DNA from: a virus
Taxonomy: Duplodnaviria > Caudoviricetes
Virus record (IMG/VR): IMGVR_UViG_3300033145_000719
Location: 1-55,467 of that record
DNA length: 55,467 nt
Direction: 5' to 3' (one strand)
Shown piece by piece: positions 46,212-55,109 of the stretch. The notes below the pieces were generated by a model, which had not been told where the DNA came from, made no database searches, and saw only the letters and a program-made list of their open reading frames with translations. Position 1 is the stretch's first letter, and each line of letters opens with the position of its first letter. The translations under genes were made by a program, and so were the position numbers.

Positions 46212-47945
46212 TTAACTGTAAGCTCCCAAACCTTCAACTAACCTCTCTTCTCTTACAGACTTCCGCCGTTTAATCAAAGGCGTTACCGCCTGCCTATCAC
46301 CATCACCTTGCGCAAGCTGTTGCACCTGCCCTCCAGCTCTAGGCATGTAAACTGCTGCCTCCCGCCTAACTTGAGCAGCTATCGCCATACTGATAACCCT
46401 ATCGTCCTTAGCACCCGCTACAGCCTCCAACTTATCTGAAGCAGTTTTTATAAAAGTAAGCATTTCATCTAGAGTATTCTTGTGCATGACTTTAATATCA
46501 TTGTTACGGAGGTCAGCTCTCAGGTTGTCAATAATCATCTTCTTCGTGCGTTTTGTAGTATCAAACCCAATTTTATTAACATCTTGCTTCTTAACCTTGT
46601 CATATACCTTACGCTGGTAAATCATTGTGTACCCTTTATCCCTTAGAGCCGTAGCAGCTGATAACCCGTGTCCTCCGGTAACCTCTATCGCTATTAGAGC
46701 ATTGTTATACCACATTCCTAGAAGATACAGGTCGTCAGCGAAGCTTGCAGGTTCTACCAGATAGTGTAAATGTGCAGCCTGCATTCCAGTTACTACGTCA
46801 AGGACATCTGCACTAGAATAATCACCTTCGCGATTAATAACTACACCAGAACCGACATCAGCACCTATAACATAAAAGCGCCCAGGTACAGGACGCTCAA
46901 AAACAAGCAGTTTATCAGTTTTCTGTGGCACAAAAACTACAGGTGCCAAGTCATTTTCTTGTCTCAAGAAACCTTTTGCAGGTTTGATGTCTTCTATCTT
47001 GCGTTTCTTCTGGTATATCATGTGCGGGTTAAATACCACAGACGCTTCTCGGATAAACGCTTCCTCTTCGGTTGCCGGGTATTCCTGTGCAAAAGCATCT
47101 TCGTCCCCGTTGTAGTCGTTCTCAATCACCCACTGCCGCCAGTATAACTGCTCGTCGTCGATTTCGCCTTTTTCGTACAGTTCCCGTAAGCTTTCCGGAC
47201 ATTCAACCTCAACACCTTCAGGAACTTCCATTCTGTAGTTATCGTCCCAATACCAAGGAAAAAACAGCGGAATATATTCATTTTTACCCTGCTTAGCCCT
47301 CGTGTAAGTGTCATAGAAATATCCTGCCGGCCCATTACCAGTAGACTCAAGAAAAACAGCTGTTTTATTGCTTTTAGGCACAGCGGCAAACAGTGACTTC
47401 AAGAGCCTATCCGTATCGGGATAAAACGCGACCTCGGACAAATGCAGCAAATGTATAGTCTGTGAACGTCCAGCTTCTTTGGAGTCTGCAGAGCTAATAG
47501 ACAATGACGAATAGTTGTGTTCAAACGTAATTTCAGTTTTTGTAAAGTATTTTTCCTGCACTCCTAGAACAGCCCTAAACCACTGCGGTAAGTGTTCTAC
47601 AGCATACCTAGTTATATCTAGGATATGTCTCGCAGCGTCTCCCTTCTCATGGGCCAATTCAAGCGCACTTAGGTAGCCTTCACGAAGAAGTCTCCATAAA
47701 ATATAAGCCTCAATCACTGTAGATATACCAAGCTGCCTGGCCTTCAAAATAATAATCCTTACTGGTTTTCCGGAACGCTGTTGTTGTTCAATACACTCTA
47801 CAAGTTTGCTTTGTGCTCTGTTCAAAACTAACGGCGCTGTAACACCATCTTTAGTAACTATATAAAAACAACGCCTAGCAAAATATTCAAAATTGCTAAG
47901 AGCTTTTTTAGATGCTTTAACAATAAGCTTAGTATCATTCATCAT
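46212..47945 (-). CDS. terL: Terminase large subunit
   Basis: LKARQLGIST Walker A, LHLSEVAF Walker B, ESTGNG, GADVG and DDRV nuclease motifs. Confidence 0.95.
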   Translation of the reverse strand: MMNDTKLIVKASKKALSNFEYFARRCFYIVTKDGVTAPLVLNRAQSKLVECIEQQQRSGKPVRIIILKARQLGISTVIEAYILWRLLREGYLSALELAHEKGDAARHILDITRYAVEHLPQWFRAVLGVQEKYFTKTEITFEHNYSSLSISSADSKEAGRSQTIHLLHLSEVAFYPDTDRLLKSLFAAVPKSNKTAVFLESTGNGPAGYFYDTYTRAKQGKNEYIPLFFPWYWDDNYRMEVPEGVEVECPESLRELYEKGEIDDEQLYWRQWVIENDYNGDEDAFAQEYPATEEEAFIREASVVFNPHMIYQKKRKIEDIKPAKGFLRQENDLAPVVFVPQKTDKLLVFERPVPGRFYVIGADVGSGVVINREGDYSSADVLDVVTGMQAAHLHYLVEPASFADDLYLLGMWYNNALIAIEVTGGHGLSAATALRDKGYTMIYQRKVYDKVKKQDVNKIGFDTTKRTKKMIIDNLRADLRNNDIKVMHKNTLDEMLTFIKTASDKLEAVAGAKDDRVISMAIAAQVRREAAVYMPRAGGQVQQLAQGDGDRQAVTPLIKRRKSVREERLVEGLGAYS

Positions 47946-48330
47946 TAGAATGCCCCTCAGTATCTATAGCATCATCAAAATCTCCTCGCAATTCTTGAAG
48001 TTCTTGTGATGACAAATTAACTTGTGTAGCGACGTTAACTACAGGCCCAGTTCGTTTCGCAGTATCCGTTATATCAAGGAGTATTCTAGCCGCATCAAGG
48101 CTTCCTTTCTTTGCCTTCTCTGTAACCTTGTCAATAACTTCAGGCAAATCCCTTGTAACTTTCACTGCTAATTTTGTTCGCATCAGCCTCAGATATTCTT
48201 CAGCTTCAGCAGCAGCCATAAAACAGTCCTGCAGTGAAACTTCCTTTGGCTCTGTAAAAAGCTTTTCGACAAACGCCTCAATGCTTTCAAAGTTCTTCAG
48301 CTGTGTATTCTGCTCCAACACTGGTTTCAT
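47935..48330 (-). CDS. Terminase small subunit (putative)
   Basis: Overlaps the terL start; AKKGSLDAARILL helix. Confidence 0.62.
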   Translation of the reverse strand: MKPVLEQNTQLKNFESIEAFVEKLFTEPKEVSLQDCFMAAAEAEEYLRLMRTKLAVKVTRDLPEVIDKVTEKAKKGSLDAARILLDITDTAKRTGPVVNVATQVNLSSQELQELRGDFDDAIDTEGHSNDE

Positions 48331-49045
48331 CGCTAACACCGCCTTTCAACCTATCCCGTAAAGCTAAGAGCTTCTCAAATTCCTGTTCGATATACCGGTT
48401 ATCTTCACATTGAAGCAGTTTCGCTACTCCTGCGAGAATTGCCAGGTCTTCCTCCGATAATGTCGTAACTAAACTGTATATCTGCCCAAACACTGAAGAC
48501 GATGTAACGTTTTTAAAAGGTCTAAACAGCGCTGCTATCGGTAAACCAACTATTTCGCAAATCCTGTGCAGCGCTCTAACTCTAACATAACACTTTTCCA
48601 TCGTAATACGGCATTTAAACAGCGGTACCATCCAGTCTTTCTTTTTAAATTGTGTTGCTTCAATAATATCTGCGGGGGACATTCCTTTCTTGTACCCTCG
48701 ACACACTATCTTGTACAGTGCCAGTCCGTCTGTTTTCTTAAAATAGTATTCCTCGTCAATCAACACTTCAGGTTCCACGTCCAACGCGTCAGCTACTCTT
48801 CCGATACGGTCCCACCGCATCCTTTCAGGGTACCTTGCTGGGCAAATCGATTTATCACCAAAATTCTTGTAAAAGAACGTGTTCACCGTGTTGTAACCCC
48901 GTGACAGAACTATTGCACGAATAGCGTTCCAGTCCAATTTGTACCGTGTCGTATTAGCCTTGTCCTGCCCTTTCCACCAACTGTGCTGCTCCCTAAACAG
49001 TTTTACTATCTCAGGTGTTATAGGCTTACCGTCAGTTCTAGCCAT
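48287..49045 (-). CDS. Putative HTH DNA-binding regulator
   Basis: Two XRE-like segments (RVADALDVEPEVLI; RICEIVGLPIAALF). Confidence 0.6.
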   Translation of the reverse strand: MARTDGKPITPEIVKLFREQHSWWKGQDKANTTRYKLDWNAIRAIVLSRGYNTVNTFFYKNFGDKSICPARYPERMRWDRIGRVADALDVEPEVLIDEEYYFKKTDGLALYKIVCRGYKKGMSPADIIEATQFKKKDWMVPLFKCRITMEKCYVRVRALHRICEIVGLPIAALFRPFKNVTSSSVFGQIYSLVTTLSEEDLAILAGVAKLLQCEDNRYIEQEFEKLLALRDRLKGGVSDETSVGAEYTAEEL

Positions 49046-49057
49046 TCTATCACCACC

Positions 49058-49085
49058 AAAAGAAAAAGGCGCTTTAACAAGCGCC
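49058..49085 (-). terminator. Rho-independent terminator
   Basis: GGCGCTT/AAGCGCC stem followed by a T-rich tract on the minus strand. Confidence 0.78.
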
Positions 49086-49345
49086 GTCTATAAGAAAGGA
49101 GTTGCAACCATGAATCCAAACTTAAAAAGGAAGTTGTTCACTATGTTAGCTCAAACATACTAAGAAGCCCGACAGTGGAAAATCCCTTACCTCCACCGTC
49201 TAGGCAAGACAGTTGAATTCGACCTCTGGCACGCAGGCTTTGACCTCTCTCCTGTAGCCCTGCGTGCTGTGGAGGATATGTTTGAAGCGCACTGCAAACT
49301 GTGATTTTACATAGCGTGTATACTGTGTGCGCACGTATGCAATTC
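49058..49345 (-). ncRNA. Candidate ~290-nt structured sRNA/late leader
   Basis: Bounded by a consensus promoter and a terminator; three stems, two containing G-U pairs that form only on the minus strand. Confidence 0.55.
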
Positions 49346-49352
49346 TACTGTC

Positions 49353-49381
49353 ATTATACACACGTTTTGCAGTCTTGTCAA
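49353..49381 (-). promoter_or_regulatory. Perfect consensus sigmaA promoter
   Basis: TTGACA-17 nt-TATAAT on the minus strand with TG extension. Confidence 0.85.
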
Positions 49382-50049
49382 CTATTTTTTCGTGCATATC
49401 CGCAAGAAAATTCACCTTCCCGACATACACCTTCCGTCTCACACGATGGTCCAGCAATAGCAAACAGAATTGGAGCTACTTTACGCACTTCCTCCCTCAT
49501 CTTTACGGCCAGCTCTCTAATTTCCCACTGAGCACGATTGCAACATCGCAAGCGAAAGAAATTGTAGAGCGCACGAGCGTTCATAGAACAAACAATTTTA
49601 GTTTTAGTAGCATTAGGAAGAATGTAACGAGCATCTTCTTTAGGTATTCCAAGCTTTCCTAACTGCTCATAAGCATCCATAATTTTGTTAATTGCTTCTA
49701 CATATATCAATGACGCCTGTTCGTTCTCTATAATGCTTTTAGGAGTTACATAACTAAAGTCTGTTTCATTTACATAGCGCTGCGACCTTTGAGAGTAAGA
49801 AGCAATCCTATGCCTTACTAATTGATGGCTACACGCTCTGCTTATACCTTCAATAGAGAAAGTAAAATTGGCGTGCTCAAAAGGCGAAAGATGACCCAGT
49901 GAAATGAGTTTCTTTATAAGTTTTTCAACTTCAGCTTCAGTAAGTGTTTCTTTTAAATCAAGTGCTCCTGCCCCAGAATAACATAAACGTGCTGCCGATG
50001 CTACAACGCGTTCAGGTTCAGGCGTATGTGCAATTAGTTTTACTTTCAC
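49378..50049 (-). CDS. thyX: FAD-dependent thymidylate synthase
   Basis: GHLSPFEH, RHRIASYSQRSQRY, EDARYILP and AQWEIR motifs. Confidence 0.96.
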   Translation of the reverse strand: MKVKLIAHTPEPERVVASAARLCYSGAGALDLKETLTEAEVEKLIKKLISLGHLSPFEHANFTFSIEGISRACSHQLVRHRIASYSQRSQRYVNETDFSYVTPKSIIENEQASLIYVEAINKIMDAYEQLGKLGIPKEDARYILPNATKTKIVCSMNARALYNFFRLRCCNRAQWEIRELAVKMREEVRKVAPILFAIAGPSCETEGVCREGEFSCGYARKNS

Positions 50050-50051
50050 AA

Positions 50052-50246
50052 CTACACCTCCATATACATCTTCACCCAACGGGAAGACCTGCGGATGTCA
50101 GGTCTGTGGGCTTTTCTGTTGTTACTGCGCCCACCTTTCCTACCACCAGACAAAACAACTACGGACGTTGAGCGAAATCTTGGAAGGACTTCCTCCAAGC
50201 CTTCAAATTTGTAATTTTGAAGTTTTGACGTATCAGTCTTTTTCAC
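50052..50246 (-). CDS. Hypothetical basic protein
   Basis: Packed between neighbours; weak support. Confidence 0.45.
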   Translation of the reverse strand: MKKTDTSKLQNYKFEGLEEVLPRFRSTSVVVLSGGRKGGRSNNRKAHRPDIRRSSRWVKMYMEV

Positions 50247-50260
50247 TCAACGTTTCCCCC

Positions 50261-50485
50261 TTATTTTTCACGTTCCAATACCCACTCCACTGCTTTAGCA
50301 GCGGTATCTTCAGAGGTATCTGCCCAAAAATCTTCTCGTATCCCTGCTACTCCTTTTCCTTTTTCAAGCAAAATAAACTTGCAGTCACACCTCGAAGTTC
50401 TTGTTAGAACCCATGTGAACCCCCGCTCTTCCAACCACTCCAGCAGGTCAGGGAGGGTAGGGAGCCAAAGGCATTTTTCCGCCAC
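50261..50485 (-). CDS. Hypothetical protein
   Basis: WLPTLPDLLEWL motif; first gene after a promoter. Confidence 0.6.
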   Translation of the reverse strand: MAEKCLWLPTLPDLLEWLEERGFTWVLTRTSRCDCKFILLEKGKGVAGIREDFWADTSEDTAAKAVEWVLEREK

Positions 50486-50535
50486 TTCATAAGTGTACCC
50501 ACCACCATGATTAATTGGAGTTTGTTTCTACTTAT

Positions 50536-50564
50536 ATTGTATATACATATCGTGATTATGTCAA
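50536..50564 (-). promoter_or_regulatory. sigmaA-type promoter for the thyX operon
   Basis: TTGACA-17 nt-TACAAT on the minus strand. Confidence 0.72.
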
Positions 50565-50595
50565 CTGTGTTAATTGGTGTGTGTGTGTCACCAGT

Positions 50596-51120
50596 TAGGT
50601 TTGTTACAGCCGAAACCCTTGTGCTGTAAGGGATGTAACAAATGTAACAGACCGGTTTTTGGGTCTGTTACATTTTCAGCCCTTATGTATCAATGGATGT
50701 AACAAATGTAACAAATGTAACAGACCCTATTATATTTTCTTAAATAAAAAATATATATATAAGTACTCATTAGGGTTTGTTACAGTACTAGCAGTGTAAG
50801 TTACATAGTTACATTGTGTCTGTCAGTGGTGGATATTTTTGTTCAATGTAACAAACCCCCCTTAAATAAGTCTGTTACATTTTTGAGTTTGTTACATCCC
50901 TTGTGCCGCAAGGGTTTGAGCGTGTAACAAACCTAAAACGGGTTTGTTACATTTGTTACACTAAAATTTGGAAATCCGTGAAAGCCTTGTGTATCAATGC
51001 TTAAGAGATTTGTTAATTTCTGTAAAGTTTTTTGAAAATGTAACAGACTTGTGAAATGTAACAGACCTGAGCGTTTTTGTAAACGTGTGCGGTTTGTTAC
51101 ATTTGTTACATCTGTTACAT
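50596..51120. repeat. Putative replication origin: about 19 TGTAACA/TGTTACA iterons around an AT-rich core
   Basis: About 47-bp inverted repeat (50596-50642 vs 50888-50935); AT-rich stretch at about 50728-50772. Confidence 0.7.
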
Positions 51121-51265
51121 TAAAGTGTTAAAGTGTCCACCGGGGAAGGTCATTTTGTTAGGAAATTCTGGAATTATGTTGGAAAAGTTTCGGATATGTG
51201 TTGGGAGGTGTATTGCCCACCCGCCATTCGCCCCACCCGCAGACCGGGGTACCCGTCCACATGCC

Positions 51266-51424
51266 AAATTTTCCCATGTCAAAGTTTACCAATCCAAATT
51301 TTCCCATGTCAAATTTTTACTTGAAATTATTTCCATGTCAAACATTACCAAGGTAAAATTCTCCATGTTAAATATTGCTAAGCCAAATACTACCATGTAA
51401 AACATTACCATGTAAAATATTACC
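51266..51424. repeat. About 11 degenerate 15-bp tandem repeats (AAAWWTTNCCATGTM)
   Basis: Units such as AAATTTTCCCATGTC x2 and AAACATTACCATGTA. Confidence 0.75.
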
Positions 51425-51689
51425 GCAACCGGCCGGTTGCTATGGGTTGCTAGCTATAGCCCATAGCCCATAGTCTATGGGCTATAGAAGGAAAAAATCC
51501 TAAAAAATCTACAAAAGTATGAAATAGTGCGAAATAGTGTGAATAATTGTGATTAAGTGCGTTTCAGCGAGCTATCCGTACATAATCACTCTAAGCAGGT
51601 GTATATCCACATTGCGTGTATGCCCATATAGGGTATATACTATACTTGACAATTGAATATTGAATATTACACTAGGAGGGAGGAATTCA

Positions 51690-51887
51690 ATGAAAATTGA
51701 CAGTTATATCCAGGTCCAGCGTTTACCTGGTAGCAAATACGCTGCCAAGGTAAAACCTGGACGTAGAGCCAAACCGCTATATACACACGAATACACTAGC
51801 TATAAAGAAGCACTCAATGCTGCCCGCGCGTTGGTGCTATCCACAATACCGACGTGCAATCTTAGCAAGGTACGATTGTTCACATAG
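51690..51887 (+). CDS. First early gene, hypothetical
   Basis: GGAGGGAGG RBS then ATG 51690. Confidence 0.6.
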   Translation: MKIDSYIQVQRLPGSKYAAKVKPGRRAKPLYTHEYTSYKEALNAARALVLSTIPTCNLSKVRLFT

Positions 51888-51910
51888 TACACAGAACCGT
51901 TCTTTGACAA

Positions 51911-52416
51911 CAAGCCTACTGCTGAAAAGGCTTGCAGGAAATATTACCAGTATTTACCTGCCGCTACTGGTGATGTTCCTGCCATAACATGCTGAGAATT
52001 GGTATCTAGTGGCAATTACTACCAGGAGTAATTGCACGCGTCACACTCGATACGCGCAAACCTGGTACATACTCTCAGAAACGTATTTCCAGAAACTGTC
52101 CAAACCGTGGGAAAGTCTGGAAAAGTCTGGAAATACTTGCCGGTGCTGGCATACCCGTCACTAGGCACACATATGCCTACGTGTGCCTTCAGCAAGCACA
52201 TGTGCCGTGGCAAACGTATTCCCACGTTCGCCTCGGTAGTGACCACACCAGGACTGGTGAAGACTTAGACGGCGCATACTCACGACAATTAGACATAGCA
52301 CTGTCTACTCCGTCGTGGCAGAACGGAGCAGCAAACATTTTCAAACATATCACGAAAGACTGCTAGAGTCTTTCGTCCTTCTCCTGTCTATCTGCTATGT
52401 GATAGGCAGGAGAAGG
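51911..52416 (+). ncRNA. Candidate large structured non-coding RNA/leader
   Basis: At least 7 stems in about 500 nt with no RBS-supported ORF. Confidence 0.45.
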
Positions 52417-52617
52417 CTGAAAGGCTTAACACAAATAAATGAATTGTAAAGAAAGAATTAAGGAAGAGATACGAAGACTCAAGTCAGAAATACAGCAGGG
52501 ATATATCCCTGCTGACGACTGGGGGGAGAAATACATTCTCTCCCCCCAAGACAAAGAAATAAGAAAACGTGAATTAGTATTTCTAAAAGCCGTATTAGAA
52601 GGGAGGTTTGAATAGCT

Positions 52618-52863
52618 ATGTATAACGACGTTGTAAGGACATTGCTGCAAGAAATTAAGCAAAAGAAAACTTTTGCTTCTGGTGCTAGACATACCAGAAG
52701 CAGACGTCAAAAAGGCAGTGTAATCCTACCGTCGAGTAGGATTGATCGCAGAAAGAACCGTTCATATAAGAGCGGTCCTGTTACTACATACAACCTTAGG
52801 GACTTGACAGAGACCCAAGCAAAAGACTTGGGTCTTTTAAATTATTGGAGGGAGGTCGTTTAG
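52618..52863 (+). CDS. Small basic hypothetical protein
   Basis: GGAGG RBS; K/R-rich. Confidence 0.65.
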   Translation: MYNDVVRTLLQEIKQKKTFASGARHTRSRRQKGSVILPSSRIDRRKNRSYKSGPVTTYNLRDLTETQAKDLGLLNYWREVV

Positions 52864-53055
52864 AGTGAAAAACTGTAATACAGGATATACTGTTGAGTAC
52901 CTTCTCAACGAGAAGGTACTTTCTAAGGACTTCGGAAGTGAAAAAGAGGCGCTTATATTTGAAGCGAAGCTTATTGATAGAATCCTAGCAGGAGAAAACA
53001 TTTCCCTGCTGGGGATTACGCCGTATATAACATTATAAATAAGGAGGTCTTATAA

Positions 53056-53412
53056 ATGTTAACCAAGAAGTTTGCCGTCTACGTTCCCTCTACGGTGAAC
53101 GTAGACAAACCACTAGATAAAGACCAGCTAAGGAAGGCTGTTGACAGTGTTTTGGCTGATATGAGCAGGATTTTTGGAGGCGCCACAGCGTGGGAGGCTG
53201 AAGGCGCTTGGCTGTCCGGAGAAACCGGACAGCTAATCAAAGAACGTATAACAATTGTATATGCGTATTCCGCTGAGGACGCTGCTAAAAAGGCCACGTC
53301 CTCAGTGTATGAGATAGCACGACGGCTTGCCGCAGAACTCCGGCAGGAGGCTGTCACTGTTGAAACACCGGCCGGCATGGACTTTGTCCAGCCGGCAGCA
53401 AAGACAGCTTAA
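53056..53412 (+). CDS. Conserved phage hypothetical protein (FGGAT...GAW)
   Basis: AAGGAGG RBS; 118 aa. Confidence 0.75.
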   Translation: MLTKKFAVYVPSTVNVDKPLDKDQLRKAVDSVLADMSRIFGGATAWEAEGAWLSGETGQLIKERITIVYAYSAEDAAKKATSSVYEIARRLAAELRQEAVTVETPAGMDFVQPAAKTA

Positions 53413-53425
53413 AGGAGGCCATAAA

Positions 53426-53869
53426 ATGCATTTTAAACATTTCAAATTAACTATCTGTTTTGTAGACAAAGACGGTTTCAGTGTAGAGATTGGGCGTTAC
53501 TTGTTCGCACCCAATGTCAATGAGGAAGCCTCTTTGAAGAAGATTCGCCACGACGGATACCCAGTTATCACCAAGGCATTCCTGAAGAAAGTCAGGAATG
53601 TTCTTAGAAGCGGTGGCAATCATGGTATTGGGATTGACGTTGAAGAGCTGGACTCCTCGTATCGTGTTACAGGAGGAGTCCGGTTTATCAGGAATACGAA
53701 TGACGACTGGGACATACGTGAATACTGTCCCAGCACGAATTGTTTTGAATTGGCACGCGAAAGCGTGCCAAAAGAAGAAACATTAAAACACCTGAAACAG
53801 CGTCTTGACGTTGCTGTAAAGCAGTGTCAAGAGTACTGTTTTGAGGGTAGTTTAAAGGAAGAGAAGTAA
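53426..53869 (+). CDS. Hypothetical protein
   Basis: AAGGAGG RBS then ATG 53426. Confidence 0.65.
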   Translation: MHFKHFKLTICFVDKDGFSVEIGRYLFAPNVNEEASLKKIRHDGYPVITKAFLKKVRNVLRSGGNHGIGIDVEELDSSYRVTGGVRFIRNTNDDWDIREYCPSTNCFELARESVPKEETLKHLKQRLDVAVKQCQEYCFEGSLKEEK

Positions 53870-54372
53870 TGGAGGTCGTGAGATATTCTTTTTCGGGCTG
53901 GACTCGCCGTCCAGTCCCAGCAGCTCTCAATGCCGTTCGTCCATACGGCGGAGAGGTTCTGTATTATACCCTGCCGCCTGAAGAGGGTGGAGAGTCTATT
54001 CCTGCCCCCGTGATAGAGCAGGTGTCGCTATGTGAACTGCTCGAACGTGGTGACGTTTGGGCAGCAGATGCCTGGTTAGCTGACGAAGCTACACTAGGCT
54101 TAGATGCGGCGGTGAAGGATTACGCTGCTTCATTAGTACGACTGACCTCTCCAGAAGAGTGCCCTCGTTATACCCACACCAGAATTACCTATTGTTGGTG
54201 CGGGTGTGGCAAAATAGAGGAAGAGAAAGAAATTGTCACGACTGAGATTCTCCTCCGGCCTTTTCCACCAAGGGGTTGGGAAGAACGTCCTTGGTGCAAC
54301 TACAGAGACCCCAGAGCCGGGGATTTCTGTATGGAATGCTACGGGTTGAAAAAATGCCCGTGGCGAAAGTAA
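53869..54372 (+). CDS. Hypothetical Cys-rich protein
   Basis: TAATG coupling with the upstream gene; several Cys clusters. Confidence 0.65.
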   Translation: MEVVRYSFSGWTRRPVPAALNAVRPYGGEVLYYTLPPEEGGESIPAPVIEQVSLCELLERGDVWAADAWLADEATLGLDAAVKDYAASLVRLTSPEECPRYTHTRITYCWCGCGKIEEEKEIVTTEILLRPFPPRGWEERPWCNYRDPRAGDFCMECYGLKKCPWRK

Positions 54373-54424
54373 CACTACTTCGGGAGCTATCAAAAATAAA
54401 ACTAAAAAAAGAGGAGGAATTAAA

Positions 54425-54820
54425 ATGTATGAGTTTAGATATATTCCTCCCGAAGAGCACCGTATTCTCAACGAAGCAAAGCAAGTTCTTCGGGAAAAAG
54501 GGAAATCTACTACCTGGATTTCTCATATGTTATGTTGTGGTAAACCAGATTTGCATGGAATGCTTCGGTGTTGTCTCACCAATGTCGAAGCAGAAAGGGC
54601 AAGAGAGAAATTTTTTCTCTTGTCAGAAGATTGGAGAGAAGGCATAGAAAAATGTAAAAAACTTGTCAGGTCGGCGCAGTATAAAAAGAAAAGACTGTGC
54701 CAAAAAGAAGATGAAATAAGGCTCCTCGAGAAAATAGTAGAGGAGTCAAGAACTCCCATCCACCGCAAAATAAATGAGCGGTGGTTAGAAAAAGAGAAAG
54801 AGAAGGTGAAAAAATGTTAG
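54425..54820 (+). CDS. Hypothetical protein
   Basis: GAGGAGG RBS; coiled-coil C-terminus. Confidence 0.6.
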   Translation: MYEFRYIPPEEHRILNEAKQVLREKGKSTTWISHMLCCGKPDLHGMLRCCLTNVEAERAREKFFLLSEDWREGIEKCKKLVRSAQYKKKRLCQKEDEIRLLEKIVEESRTPIHRKINERWLEKEKEKVKKC

Positions 54821-55107
54821 TATTTAAAGTTAATGCCTGCTGCGGGGCAGGTGATTTTATCTCTATCAAAAATGGTCGTATAATTGCTTGCGGAGGCGAT
54901 TTATATGACACCAAAAGGGAGGAATATATACTGCAATATTGTGGTGATAATATTCCTCCCAAAAACTTTATTCCAGTCCCAATGGAAGATGGTGATTGGA
55001 TTTTGGAAGATAATACATTTATAAAAACGAATGACGTTTGGTGGCGTGATGGAGAGTATGTTATTTTTGGTAGTGTTCCCACTAGTATTATTACAAAGGA
55101 GGAATAA
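54814..55107 (+). CDS. Hypothetical protein
   Basis: AAGGTG RBS then ATG 54814. Confidence 0.6.
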   Translation: MLVFKVNACCGAGDFISIKNGRIIACGGDLYDTKREEYILQYCGDNIPPKNFIPVPMEDGDWILEDNTFIKTNDVWWRDGEYVIFGSVPTSIITKEE

Positions 55108-55109
55108 AA

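Noticed and set aside
51125-51400. 91-aa ORF with KFSHV repeats
   Set aside because: Translation of the 15-bp DNA repeat; no RBS
51612-51673. Early rightward promoter
   Set aside because: Several partial -35/-10 combinations exist but none with clean spacing; cannot pick one
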